From Paraspadella gotoi (taxonomy: Eukaryota > Animalia > Chaetognatha): 64,000 nt of DNA. The position numbers and the translations under genes were made by a program. The notes under the pieces were generated by a model. The model searched no databases, was not told where the DNA came from, and saw only the letters and a list, made by a program, of their open reading frames with translations. Below, piece after piece: positions 13,239-25,600 of this stretch. Each line of letters starts with the position of its first letter. Positions within the stretch are counted from its first letter, which is position 1. The stretch spans positions 22,324,709-22,388,708 of the forward strand of contig CM119264.1 of assembly GCA_051294375.1 (NCBI GenBank), written 5' to 3'.

Positions 13239-15403
13239 CTTTTCTCTCGGCTATAAGACTCTCTATCTCTCACATTAAGATCAGCAGCGTGAGATTAGTT
13301 CTTTTTTTTTTTTCCTGTCTCCCGTTGTAGTAAAGTCTGGAAGCGACGATCGCCACCGTTTTTGATCCGACTATCTTCACTGGATCGCCGTGAGTGCGTG
13401 AATTGCTTCTCGTCAGACTGAGGGTCAAAACAAATCCGTCAATGAGACTTTAGAAGAGGATTTTAAGCGAATGGTGCGACGTGACAGGGTAGACGAAAGG
13501 CGGGAGACAGTTCAGGTTCTAAATTCAGTGCTAACGTAGGTTAAAATGACAAAAATGGGTTAAGTGGTTTGTAGTAAAAGCAAAAACCATCGCTAGTGGA
13601 ATAGGGTGACAAAAGTTGTTCTCTCGTGACGAAATAAGGATAACTTCAGGGAATAGAAAAACAAAAAACGGGTGATCGTTCGCCGAAAATTCAATGTATT
13701 GCCCGATCGTTCAATCAGGCGCTTTTAAACTGAGTCTACAGGCGAGAACGATCGCCGTCAGAAAAAGTCGTGGGTTAGCCTGGCGAATCGTCCGTGGGCA
13801 ACAGAGTTGTTAGCGAGGAGCTTGTAATTGAGAGTGGGAGGGAAAACGACGCGGCGGAGGCATAGGCGAAGTGAAAAGGGAGTGAGATACTTAAAAAAAA
13901 ATAATAGTGTCAAAAAATGTAAAATCAAATTGAGAGTCGCAATCGGTTAAGAGGCAGATTTAGTGACTGACGGTGATATAAATTATTGTCAAAATTAGGT
14001 TTTCTTCATAGTTTATACCTCATGCCTCGCGAGCGCCCCGATAGCCTAAGGTTTCAAAAGCCGAAGAGAGGTTTTTTTCGTCGATAAACAAATGCCTGGC
14101 GCGGCAGGGCGGCGGGGCCGTAGGGCGACTTGGCGGGGTGGCGGACCGGCGGACCGGCGGAACGGGGCGGCGTTGTTTGTTTAGGCTAACCTCGGTTTTT
14201 AATTTTCCCTGCGATGACCTCTCGCCTTCCGACTCCCTTCCAATTTTCCCACCCTTCTTTCGCTACCGGAGGAGGCGACTCCAGTGAGGCATTTCTAAAC
14301 TACCCAGCCCTCATCCGCCTTTTACCCCCCCTCCCCTTCCCCCCCCCCAAAGCGTCGTTGCGAGAAGTAGCGATTTTTTTTTATTTGAGGAATGGGGTCG
14401 GGTTTGAGTTATATAGAAATTCTAAATATAAATTGGGTAAATTTGGTAAATACTTTATCGAACATTGATTTACGTAGACAGAGAGTTGAAAAGACCGTAA
14501 TTACCCGTGTTAAAATAATCAAAAAGAAATTAACTTTTAATGAAAACAACTTCGAATTTGAAAAATCCGTTGAATATTACAATAATATTAAACATTAATC
14601 GCGAAATCTTCTGTCGCAGGTGACGTCGCGGACTCTCGGCCTCTCGTGCATCCTCCACGTCCTCAACGATCGAGAGGGCAACGTCGACTTGAACGTTCGC
14701 GCCTACGAGACGAGATCATCGCCACACAGATCTTTCGAAGAGCGCGTGCGGAACGTGACGTGGGACCGGGTGAGTTTGGCGGACGGTGGTGTTATCTTGG
14801 ATTGAAGAGGGCGTCAAATTCGACCCGAAGTCACAACAAAAGCTCAACCGTGACAGGATTGAATTTAAATTTTTTTTTTCCCTCAGGACTGCATTTACCC
14901 AGCCCAACTTTTGGCCGAGATGATTAACAGTCAATCGGTGTTGGTCAGTTCCGATGTCTCGCTGTCAATACTCAAGGTGGCTACCGTGGAGTACGAAGAT
15001 CCCAACAAAAAACAAATGATAACCACGCGGTAAATCAACTGCATTGAAAATTATGATATTCGAAAACGGAGGTAAATAAAAAATAATATGTTTTTGTGAA
15101 TCATTCAGGAATCCTTTCTCGACAAAACCAAAAAAGATTCGACTTCCTCATCATAAAAGAAACTCCGCAAATTGTCCCACCTTTCTTCAATTGAACGGAA
15201 GCCGCACAAATCTGCTCATTCAATTTTTAACCGGTTCCATTTTGTGGATTCTTTTCACAGTGCTGCATACAGACTCTTATATCAAACATACCCTGGTATC
15301 CTACTCAGACATATCTTTCCCAACGAAGAAGTCGTCGAAATGTATGACATTAGCCACACAAAACAGGATATATAAAAAGCGAAAAAAAGAGATAAAGTCG
15401 TGA
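8495..15403 (+). CDS. Cys-rich cell-surface protein: VWC-like modules, RECK C-terminal-like region, hydrophobic tail (5' end uncertain)
   Basis: Phase-consistent GT-AG exons 8495-8575, 8751-8871, 10687-10800, 11381-11523, 14620-14769, 14887-15029, 15109-15403. They give ...CSLECRCAPHGNWSCQRLACLPTKPCFANKQRFDHGALLPNTFNQGGCICFIGQYVC...GIVLFIGFSREEESLL...DCIYPAQLLAEMINSQSVLVSSDVSLSILKVATV...LLIQFLTGSILWILFTVL. The C-x-x-x-A-x-x-L-x-x-x-IN-S-x-S...V-x-LS-x-L segment resembles the RECK C-terminus as recalled. A possible upstream exon at ~7950-8080 reads ...DIRRKRRFDDWREYECEHRARLC. Confidence 0.75.
9409..10394 (-). CDS. Small secreted cysteine-rich peptide (102 aa, ShK-like ends), nested antisense in an intron
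   Basis: Exons 10394-10378, 9927-9835, 9686-9543, 9463-9409 with GT-AG, phase-2 junctions; 309 nt in total. Protein: MFKLLGIIVLSLTVVALASG-DCSCGSGRPECRDRDSRYWDCDRLVGSSKLRCSDLKDKFRQNHMIVDCNDLYEKKWCVSGGVQGSALRDIADAMCFQTCNCK*. Clear signal peptide and 10 Cys. Confidence 0.85.
11717..12329. mobile_element. Non-autonomous hAT-type MITE
   Basis: TIRs TAGGGTGATGTGAAA / TTTCACATCACTCTA; perfect 8-bp TSD CTATGCAC (11709-11716 and 12330-12337); AT-rich, internally palindromic, no coding capacity. Confidence 0.85.
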
Positions 15404-16648
15404 AGGACGTATAGAATAATTGTTTTAAACGGGCAGCGAGAGAAAACTTGAAAAGACAGATAAACGATAAACAGATTTAAAAAAGACATTTATGGCTCGT
15501 ATGAAGTATTTTAAAATGTATAAAAATAAGAATAGGTAGACAAGATATAAACATTTTATACTAAAACTGTTCAACATTCAAGTTTTTTCTACTGTCCGCG
15601 AATAAATAAAGTTAAATTTTTTTTCGGGCTTGGAAAGGCTTTTTAAAAGTTATTGAAGGCTGACAGTTGTGCTACATTGATGTTGATGTGCTAAATTGTT
15701 ACTGAATTGCATTATTTTATTCGGGAATGTTACATATTGATTTAGTGGTTGCATTCACGCGTTTATGTCCTTAAGATCATCTCTGCCATTTTAATAATGC
15801 TAGCAGCAATTATGAAATATAAATATATTTATCACATCTTGATTATAGTTTAAAGGATAAATTTTGGCTTAAATTTTTATTCTAATAAAATTCATTAAAT
15901 AAATATTGAAATATACTAAATTGCTGCTAGACAACACTGATCAAATCATTTGGCATTTTTAATGATTTATCGTTCATAAAAATGTACACCTTTGTTAAAT
16001 AAAGTTGCTTATCTAATTACAGTGGTTTCAATAAGCGTACAAAGCTAACAAAGCTAGACTAAAAGACATTTAACGAATATCTATGTATCTAGATATACCA
16101 ATCCCAGAATGAATTTGTTTTGTTGTTTTGTTTTGTTTTTAAAATGACAATTCTTCAAATACTTGGTTATAATTTATTTCGTATCCACATGAGGACAATA
16201 CAATTGTTTTTTCAGTTGAGGTGTTAAGTAATAACAAATGGGTTAACTCTAAGTTTTTACACGATCAGACATCCTTGCTTGAGACTTGAATAATGGCAGA
16301 TTGACATCGGACATTTTGGAAGAATTGACTGTGTTTGCAACTGTCCCGGAAGAAACACAGAATTTTCCAGGAATGTCTTCAGTCGACAGTCTAGCTTTAT
16401 TTCTTTCTAAGTTTAGTGTCATACTGAAATGACGTGTCAATTTTTGTGAAATCAGTTCTTGCTACACATATGAGTTGAGGCGGCGTATAGATATCACAGA
16501 CTTGGTTTTCTTTGAAGTTCAGGACGACCTGGATAATAAAATAAAGCAGTTTATAGGAAGCTATAAATTTGACATAATGAGTGTAAAATATAATTAGCCT
16601 GTCGCCACACTCTTGAAAAATCAATGCTTCAAGCTTGCCTTTGAAGAT

Positions 16649-19600
16649 TCATTCCTCATCATCGTTATCTTCAAATATTGGTGGAAACCAGTTTAGGACA
16701 CGTTTGATGTAACCTAAAACAATATGTTTTTGATTGTCTAATTAGCCAAAATATCAAATTAAGATACATAAATTTTTTAGCCTATTTAATCTACAGAAAT
16801 AACATAGATATTTTAATAACGTTTCAAATTTTAGAAGCGAGTTATATATAGTAATTCAATTCAGCAAGTGAAAAAGTCAGAAAATTGCCAGGATTTTTTT
16901 CTAGATCAAAGGCAAGTGTGCCCCTTCTAAAGTTTATGTTACAAGTAATGTAGTAATGTAATCGGTTGCTTCATGATGTTAAAGGAAAGAATATGTTAGT
17001 AATATGGATTATGTGATCACAATAAAAAAAACTGAAAGTAAAACTAAACCACAAATTAAATAGGAACCTTTCAAACACACATTATAGCATCTTTGCTAGT
17101 TTCCACATAGGATTGTTTTCGGACAAGATCCAGCCCTTCTTCAATCGTTTGCGAATTCTTTCTTTAATTTTTGGAGGAACTGTACCAAATAAGTAGTTAA
17201 TAAATTTTCAGTTTAGCAACGACTTCAGTTTGAATTATTTAATTTTGCAACTAACCATCTTTTTCTTCATTGTCTGGAGTACCATCATTGTCATCATCAT
17301 GGTCTAAAAAATCAAATAATTACCAAGTTTATTATGTATCAAGGTTTATAGTCCTTTAACAGTTATTAGGACTATTAGGACTACACAATAATACAGGCAT
17401 AGCATTTGAAAAGCAAATGTTTTAATAAATATATTGTACGTAAAATAATAAATAGAAAAAATATCTAACCACGTAATAAATTGGACTGTCCAGTAGTTTA
17501 TTTAATCTCTTGTCAATTCCCCTAATTCATTCGACCAGTAAAACTGTAATCTCACCCAAACACTACTCCCCCTAAAATTCTACTTTCAAGACATTAGTAA
17601 AAAATCAGTAATAATTTAACAAAAACTTTAGCCATGAATGTAAAATAAGGCAAATAGGGAAAAAAGGAAAAAGAATTTATTAAATGTAACTTTAAACTCC
17701 TACTCAAAAAAATTATACTTGTTTCTATCGACTTGTTTTTTTATCGCGTTATCAATCATAAATCACCTTTCCAATCGGGTACACCATCGTTGTCATCATC
17801 ATCATCTAAATAGTAAATTGAAATTTACTAATTAGTGAGAACTAAATTTCATTTTTGAAGCCAATTTTCTATTTTTTACCTTCATCATCAGCGATTCCAT
17901 CACGATCGGTGTCTTTTTCTAGAAGGAAAGATAATCGGTAGAACACCGTTCACAGTATAATTATTTAGACTTTGTAAATACCTTCAGAATCTGTGATACC
18001 ATCACCATCATCATCTTTGTCTAAAAAAGAAAGAAGAACATATAAACAAAGAGAATTTAATGTGTCAACCAATTTTATGTATACATTTACCCAATTTGTC
18101 AGGAATTCCATCGTTGTCATCGTCATCATCTACAGTGGAGTAAACTTGTGTAAACTTACAAAATCTTATTAACTACTCAACATATTGAACTTTTAACTAA
18201 CCTAGTATATTAGGAATACCATCATCATCACTATCGATTTCTAAAAAAAATTTTGAAAATGTTTATTCAAATCACGCTTCAAATTATTATATCATATCAT
18301 TATCATGTCTTTCCAAATAAAACCTGCGATGTCAGGAATTCCATCACCATCGTCATCATCGTCTGAAAAAAAAACATTAAGAACAGATTTCATCTGTTGA
18401 CATTCAAGCGTAAGACATTTATTCACATAACTACAATATTATGAAGCTATTAAGTGTTAGTTGCTTTCTCTAATTCATCCACAAGAGGTTTTTTAAAAAT
18501 TAACTTTGAAAAGAGACCAACGTACATATCACATCCCCGTGGTATTGTTGTTTATTCTTATCTTTAAAAGGTAGAAATAATCATATTCAATGAAAATATC
18601 ATGAAGAACGCGTAAATAAAACTGGCATTGGATTGGCAAGTTTTCAATAGTTAATAGATAGTCTTTTCAGGAGCAAACGTACCTCTCCAATCCGGAACTC
18701 CGTCATTGTCATCATCATCATCTGGAGGAAATAAAAAAAAAATAAGTCCAAAATATCTTTGCTAACGATTGTTTTAATAATTTTTTTAATACCTTGATCA
18801 TCGGGAATTCCGTCACCATCAGAGTCAAGTTCTGTTTAAAAATTATTTTCAAAGATTGAGAAACAAAGAAACCAGTGACTGTGCCAATACATGTAAATCA
18901 CTTTCAAAGGCTTAAACTGAACTGTTACTGCAGCACCAATAAAATTTTTATTTTTGCAAAAATATTTGATAAATCAAAACAATATTATTTTTGTTTTAAA
19001 TATATGATAATATGATTAAAATGCTTTGATCAAGAAATATAATAAGAAAAAGAATAAATTAACAAAGAATAAGAAAAAATACTTGTGAAAAAATATAAAA
19101 TTTTTTTTTAAATATTTAAGATAAAAAAAATTTAAAAAAAAATTGTTATTTTGTTGAAGAGCAGGTGCAAGTGAAGATGTAGTGGGTGCAGATAAAGTTT
19201 ATTTTGAATGTTTCTTGGTCTCACAAAAAGGTTTTTTCTTTGGAGAGCCCTCTAATAAAAAACACAAAGAAAATTTAATGAGACTGTTTTTTGGTTTCAA
19301 AAAAAATATTAAAACTTTTGGTAGATATATTTAAACTAAATTTAATTGCTATTTTTGTTTTTAAAAATGCTCTTTTGTTTGTACAGCTACCTGGTTTATT
19401 AAGACTAAACATATAAAATTTTACTATTTTGTAAAAAGCAATGCAAGTGAAGATCTAATGGGTGCAGACAGAAGAGAAAATTTATATAGAAAGTAAAAGG
19501 AAAATGTTCATAGTCTACTATGAAATTAAATTCAATAGGGGCGAGGGTTCAAAACTTAAGTCTTGAAGTTTACTTCTAGGTAAAAAAATAATTTTTAAAA

Positions 19601-22600
19601 AAAGTTCGATTTTTATGCTTTTATTGTTGCCTTTTTAAAATTACAATATTACTATATAATGATAAAATTTTTTTAATCAATCTTAACTTTTTTTGATGGA
19701 TTCTGATAGAGCATAAAAAGTTAAATAAAAAATTTAACTACAACTTTCAAAAATATTTAGGTTTTCTTGGTCAAAATTAAGAAAAAGTAATAAAATAATC
19801 GAAAAATGATGATGATGATGATTATAAATAGTTTTTCATATTTTTCTCACACTTATGATCAAAATATTGAAAAAAGAATTATACTTTGTGTAGACAACTT
19901 TTTGCAAGCTACCTGAATCTGATCTTAAAATAAAAAAAATCCGAAAAAAAATTTTAGCCTTTCCTATTTCTAAATAAAATATTAAAAATTAATATATGGA
20001 GTATGGAGTAATATTAAAAAATTTTATCTATTCAATTTTTTTAAAAAATGTTTTAAATTTTCGTTTGAGCAGGTGCTTAATTCAAATTTCTTAACCACCT
20101 TACTGAGTAGTTTCCCCCTAGTCGGAAGGAAAAGTTATATATACGGAAAAATTTTTTTTTTAAAAATGTACAATTTCAAGTGATTTACAAAAATAGGACT
20201 AATGACGTAGACTAGTGGAGTACCTTTAGTGTCTTTAATTCCATCTCCATCATCATCCAAATCTGCATGTAAGTTGACAATGATTGAAAAAGTTTAAAAC
20301 AAAATAAATCCATTATAAACAAAAGTAACTCGCCTCTCGCATCAGGAATGCCATCGTTATCATCGTCATCGTCTGAGAGTAAAAAGAAAAAGTGAGATTT
20401 TGTCTTAACTAGGGACAATTCTTTCATGACTCACCATTTTGAGGTCTGATGCATGCAAGACTATGTCTACAGTTAACTTATGCTTGACCTGAACAAATTT
20501 TATTGAAAAACTTATGTCTTAAAAATTATTTTAATGGCAAACTTAGGTATAATTTATTTCTTCTACCACGTATTTTGACTACCTAATTTTTAAATCTATC
20601 AGCATTGATTTTTAAAATCCATTCTATCAGATGAAATAATCATATTCAAATGCTTTCAATTTGATTTTCTATGATTCTTACCTCGAGAATCTGGTATACC
20701 ATCGCCATCAGAGTCGAAAACTATAGAAAATCAAAATTTGTACATGTCAATATACAATTTTATACATATAATCCCATTACAAAGAAATATCATAAAAACT
20801 TACTGTCTTGGTCATCTGATATACCATCGCCATCATCATCCATATCTAAAAACGAAACAAAATTTTTAAAAATTTTATCATTAATTCAATAAAAACGTAT
20901 ATTAAACCATAAATGTACCTTCAGAGTCGATAATTCCATCATTATCATCATCGTCATCAATATGGTCTGGAACTCCATCACCATCAGAATCCACTGTACA
21001 AATGTTTTAAATGATTAGCATTTACATATACAATTTTTTCACCTGATTTACCTTCAAGATAATCTGGAATACCATCGTTGTCATCATCGTCATCCTTTGC
21101 ATCAGGAACGCCATCATTATCATCATCGTCATCAAGATAATCGGGTTTACCATCTCCGTCAGTATCAGCTATATCATAAATATTAAATGGAGTATAAAAT
21201 TACTAATGATTTCCATTTTTTATAAAGAACTTATACCCTCAAGATGATCTGGGATTCCGTCACCATCTTGATCATGATCTATGTGGTCGGGAATTCCGTC
21301 ATTATCATCATCATCATCCAGGTAATCAGGAATTCCATCCCTATCGTCATCCCCTTTATATTGAAAAAAATTAGTTGACATTTCCTTCAATAAAAAAAAA
21401 CGCTTTTAACCGATGAACATGCAAGTAACAAATTATGTAAAAAGCAAATACAGCCGTTTATATTGCTAAGGTTAAGTTAAAAAGTGCCATTTTAAAAAAC
21501 AATAAATTTGAAAGAATTTCTATAAAAAAAAGAGAATGGAAGCATAAATCTGGATGCTGAAAAAAATGGGAAAGAAAGCTTGATAACAATGTGTGCAGAA
21601 TTAGATATTTAGAAAGGGCTTATGGTTCTGTAACTCGGATGCTTATACAGTAGACCAGAGGCCCTGGTTATGAGTCCCGGCATAACGCCTACTTTTTCAC
21701 TTGCTGAGTAAAAAAAATCTAACATTCTATAAACAAATATTTCAAAATTAATTTTTATTTTTTAGTGTTTCCTTTCTTTAAAATAAATGTCATATACTGA
21801 CCCTCTTGATCATCTGGAATACCATCACCATCGTCATCGTCATCGAGATGGTCGGGAACTCCATCATTGTCATCATCATTGTCCAGATGATCCGGAACGC
21901 CGTCTCCATCATCATCTCCTAAAGTTTTGTTGCATTTAATAATACAATATAGCTGAGGTTTATTCATAACTTAATTACCTTCATCATTGTCAGGAATACC
22001 ATCCCCATCATCATCGTTATCTAAATGATCTGGAATTCCATCATTGTCGTCGTCATTATCCAAATGATCTGGGACCCCATCACCATCATCATCCCCTTTT
22101 AAAGAAAAAAATTTAAATTAGAAATAAATTTAGTAAAATTTTACTTGTTACCATGTGAATAAGTTAATCACCTTCTTCATGATCTGGAATTCCATCACCA
22201 TCATCATCATTATCAAGATGATCTGGAATGCCATCGTTATCATCATCGTTGTCCAAATGATCGGGAACACCATCCCCATCATCATCTCCTACAAATGTAT
22301 TTTTATTGAGTTTTGATATTTTTCAGGGTATTAAATTTAAACTAACCTTCTTGATCGTCAGGAATTCCATCCCCATCATCGTCATTATCCAGATGGTCTG
22401 GAATACCATCATTATCATCATCTTTATCAAGATAGTCTGGGATTCCATCACCATCATCATCTTCTAAAAACGGAAAAAGTTGTGGCTTTAATGATGAGTC
22501 GATACCAAACAACCAAATGTAGAAGGTTTCCGTGCATATAATAACATGACTTACCTTCCTGATCATCCGGAATGCCATCTCCGTCATCATCATTATCTAA

Positions 22601-25600
22601 GTGATCTGGAATGCCATCATTATCATCATCATTATCTAAATGATCAGGTACTCCATCGCCATCATCGTCGCCTCAAATCGAAAAAAAAACTTATTTACTT
22701 CAGTTCATTCGTACAAAAGTATTTCTCAGTTCACCTTCGTCATCGTCAGGTATACCGTCTCCATCGTCGTCATCATCAAGTTGATCTGGTATTCCATCAC
22801 CGTCAGAATCTAAATCTGGGAAAATTTCATTAGTAAAATTTATATCAAAATTTAGGTAGTAAAGTTCACTGCAATTTCTATGATTATGTATCTAATTCTA
22901 GACAGCACTATTCTCTATACTACATGTCAGTGCTTATCCCCAGAAATACAGTGAAATAAAATTTTCTTGATTATTTTTTTAAGAACAAGATGAATATTTA
23001 TGATTGATATTTATATTAATAAACATTAGAGGTAGCAGATAATTTACCCTCTTGATCATCTGGAATTCCATCTCCATCATCATCTTTATCAAGATGATCG
23101 GGAATTCCATCATTGTCATCATCATCATCCAAATGATCAGGAATACCATCTCCATCATCATCCCCTATTGTGAATATTAATGAGTTGGAACTTGGAACTA
23201 AAAGATGAAATGTAAAATATTAATATTAAAAAATTATACCTTCTTGGTCATCTGGGATTCCATCTCCATCGTCATCTTTATCAAGATGGTCCGGGATGCC
23301 ATCACCATCATCATCATTATCTAAATGATCGGGAATTCCATCTCCGTCATCATCTCCTGAATATTTTAAATTAAAAATTGTAAAATTTCTTTTGGAAACT
23401 GAAAAAAAGATAGAAAATTTAAAATGATTGAAAAATAACATACATATTTACTCATACTAAGATTATTTAATGATATTAATCCTTTTTTAGATTTATAATT
23501 GAACAAGTTAACATTATTTTAACAATAAAATAATAATAATAATTTTTCACTGAGCTCATTTGAGGAGAAAATATTTAAAGTTAAATAATTTACTTAAGCT
23601 CTTTTAATAATATATTAAAATTTCTGAAGTTATGTATTTTTCAAAATCTAGGTTTGCTAAAAAACCATATTGTTTTGGACTTCTCCTTTTTTTTTCTTTT
23701 GATTCTAATCTAAAAAAATTTTCAGTACCTTCATGTTCATCTGGAATGCCATCGCCATCATCATCGTTATCTAAATGATCTGGAATTCCATCGTTGTCAT
23801 CGTCATTATCCAAATGATCTGGGACCCCATCACCATCATCGTCTCCTGAAAAAAAATAAAGAATAACTATTGTACTACAAAAACACATTGTTGCTAAAAC
23901 TTGTTATAGAGTTTATCTGGAGACACTCAATTTAAACGCAATTGAAATCCTAGGATCATTTAGACATTTCCACCTAAACACAATATAGCTGTTAAACTTA
24001 ATATATCACCTTCTTGATCATCAGGAATACCATCCCCATCATCGTCATTGTCCAAATGATCTGGAATTCCATCGTTGTCATCGTCATTATCCAAATGATC
24101 AGGTACACCATCTCCGTCATCATCCCCTAGAATTTTTTCAAAAATATGTTGAAGTTTTTACGTAGAAAAAACTTATCTTTAACGTTGATTACCTTCTTGA
24201 TCATCTGGTATACCATCTCCATCATCATCATTATCCAGATGATCAGGAATTCCATCATTATCGTCATCATTATCGAGATGGTCAGGAACACCATCACCGT
24301 CATCATCACCTAAAAATTGGCAATGTCTTGTAACGATAATTATCAAATAAATAATACAAAAAACTTTCTTCTCAAAATTAGCGAATTTTAAATATCTGAA
24401 CCCAAATGAACATTGGAACATTTCAGCAAAATATTATAATAAATTTAGAAAATAAAACAGTTTACCTTCATCTGCATCGGGAATGCCATCGCCATCATCA
24501 TCTTGGTCTTGATCATCCGGAATGCCATCTCCATCATCGTCATTGTCCAGATGATTAGGGATTCCGTCTCCATCATCATCCTCTACCATAAATTTTTTTA
24601 AAGCTCATATAATTTTTTAAAAAATTAATGTTTGAACTTTCCATTCTGTGGCTTGCACTGACATTTTTAAATTCTAAAAGCATGCAACAAAAAAGCAAAA
24701 CTATGTAAAGTGTTACAGCCTTACAGGTATTTACCTTGATCATCTGGAATTCCATCTCCATCATCATCATTGTCTGAAACCAAATAAATATTCATGAATA
24801 TGATTATGAAAGCTTACTTAAATAGAGTGAAGTACTAAGTTAATGGCCATTGTTAAAAATTAAAAAGGGTTCTATTGCAAAATCAATCTTTTTGGCATGT
24901 CAGAATAAGGTTACTGTATGAAATTTTAAATCTGAATAATATTTATAATAATTTTTTTGAGGAAAATATTTATACTAGTCTGATAAATGCCATTTTATCA
25001 CCATGTGCTTATAATTTGTTATTTAGACTGTTAGTCAAAGTATAATAAAATTTGCTTCACTCATGAGTACTCAATAATGTTGCAGATATAAGTAATAGCC
25101 GAATTACTAAATACGTAGTAATCATGGTCACCATTTAAAATCTCTCCTTGTAATGACATTTCTTTAACTGAAAGATTGTTATGAGTTGAAGATGATTCAT
25201 CCATAAGAAAGAAAATGATAAAAAAGGAAAGTAAGAAATTACCAGCTCTTTGTCAGTTACTGCTTTTTGTTACTATCACATAATATGACCAATAAAAATG
25301 CTAAATGGTCCAGCCTATAGTCACAAATTAACCATGCCTTTTAATCAGGTTCGACAAAGAACAGTTAGGTTAACGATTATTGATACCTAATAAGAATGTT
25401 GATAAAAGTCTATTGTAGCAAAGCAGCATTTCATTTAGTTGTTATTGACTATTGGGATTCAAAGTTACATGCATATTACCAATTGTTAATTTGGCCATCT
25501 TCAATACTTCGTATCGTAAGTTTGCAATTTCAACCGAAAAAGCATTTATTATATCATTTTTCAGCTCTAGAAGATCGTCGGTATTAACAATTCCATTATC

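Noticed and set aside
21050-24600. Regularly interspaced repeats resembling a CRISPR array
   Set aside because: The units are degenerate at third codon positions and bounded by splice sites: they are exons separated by introns.
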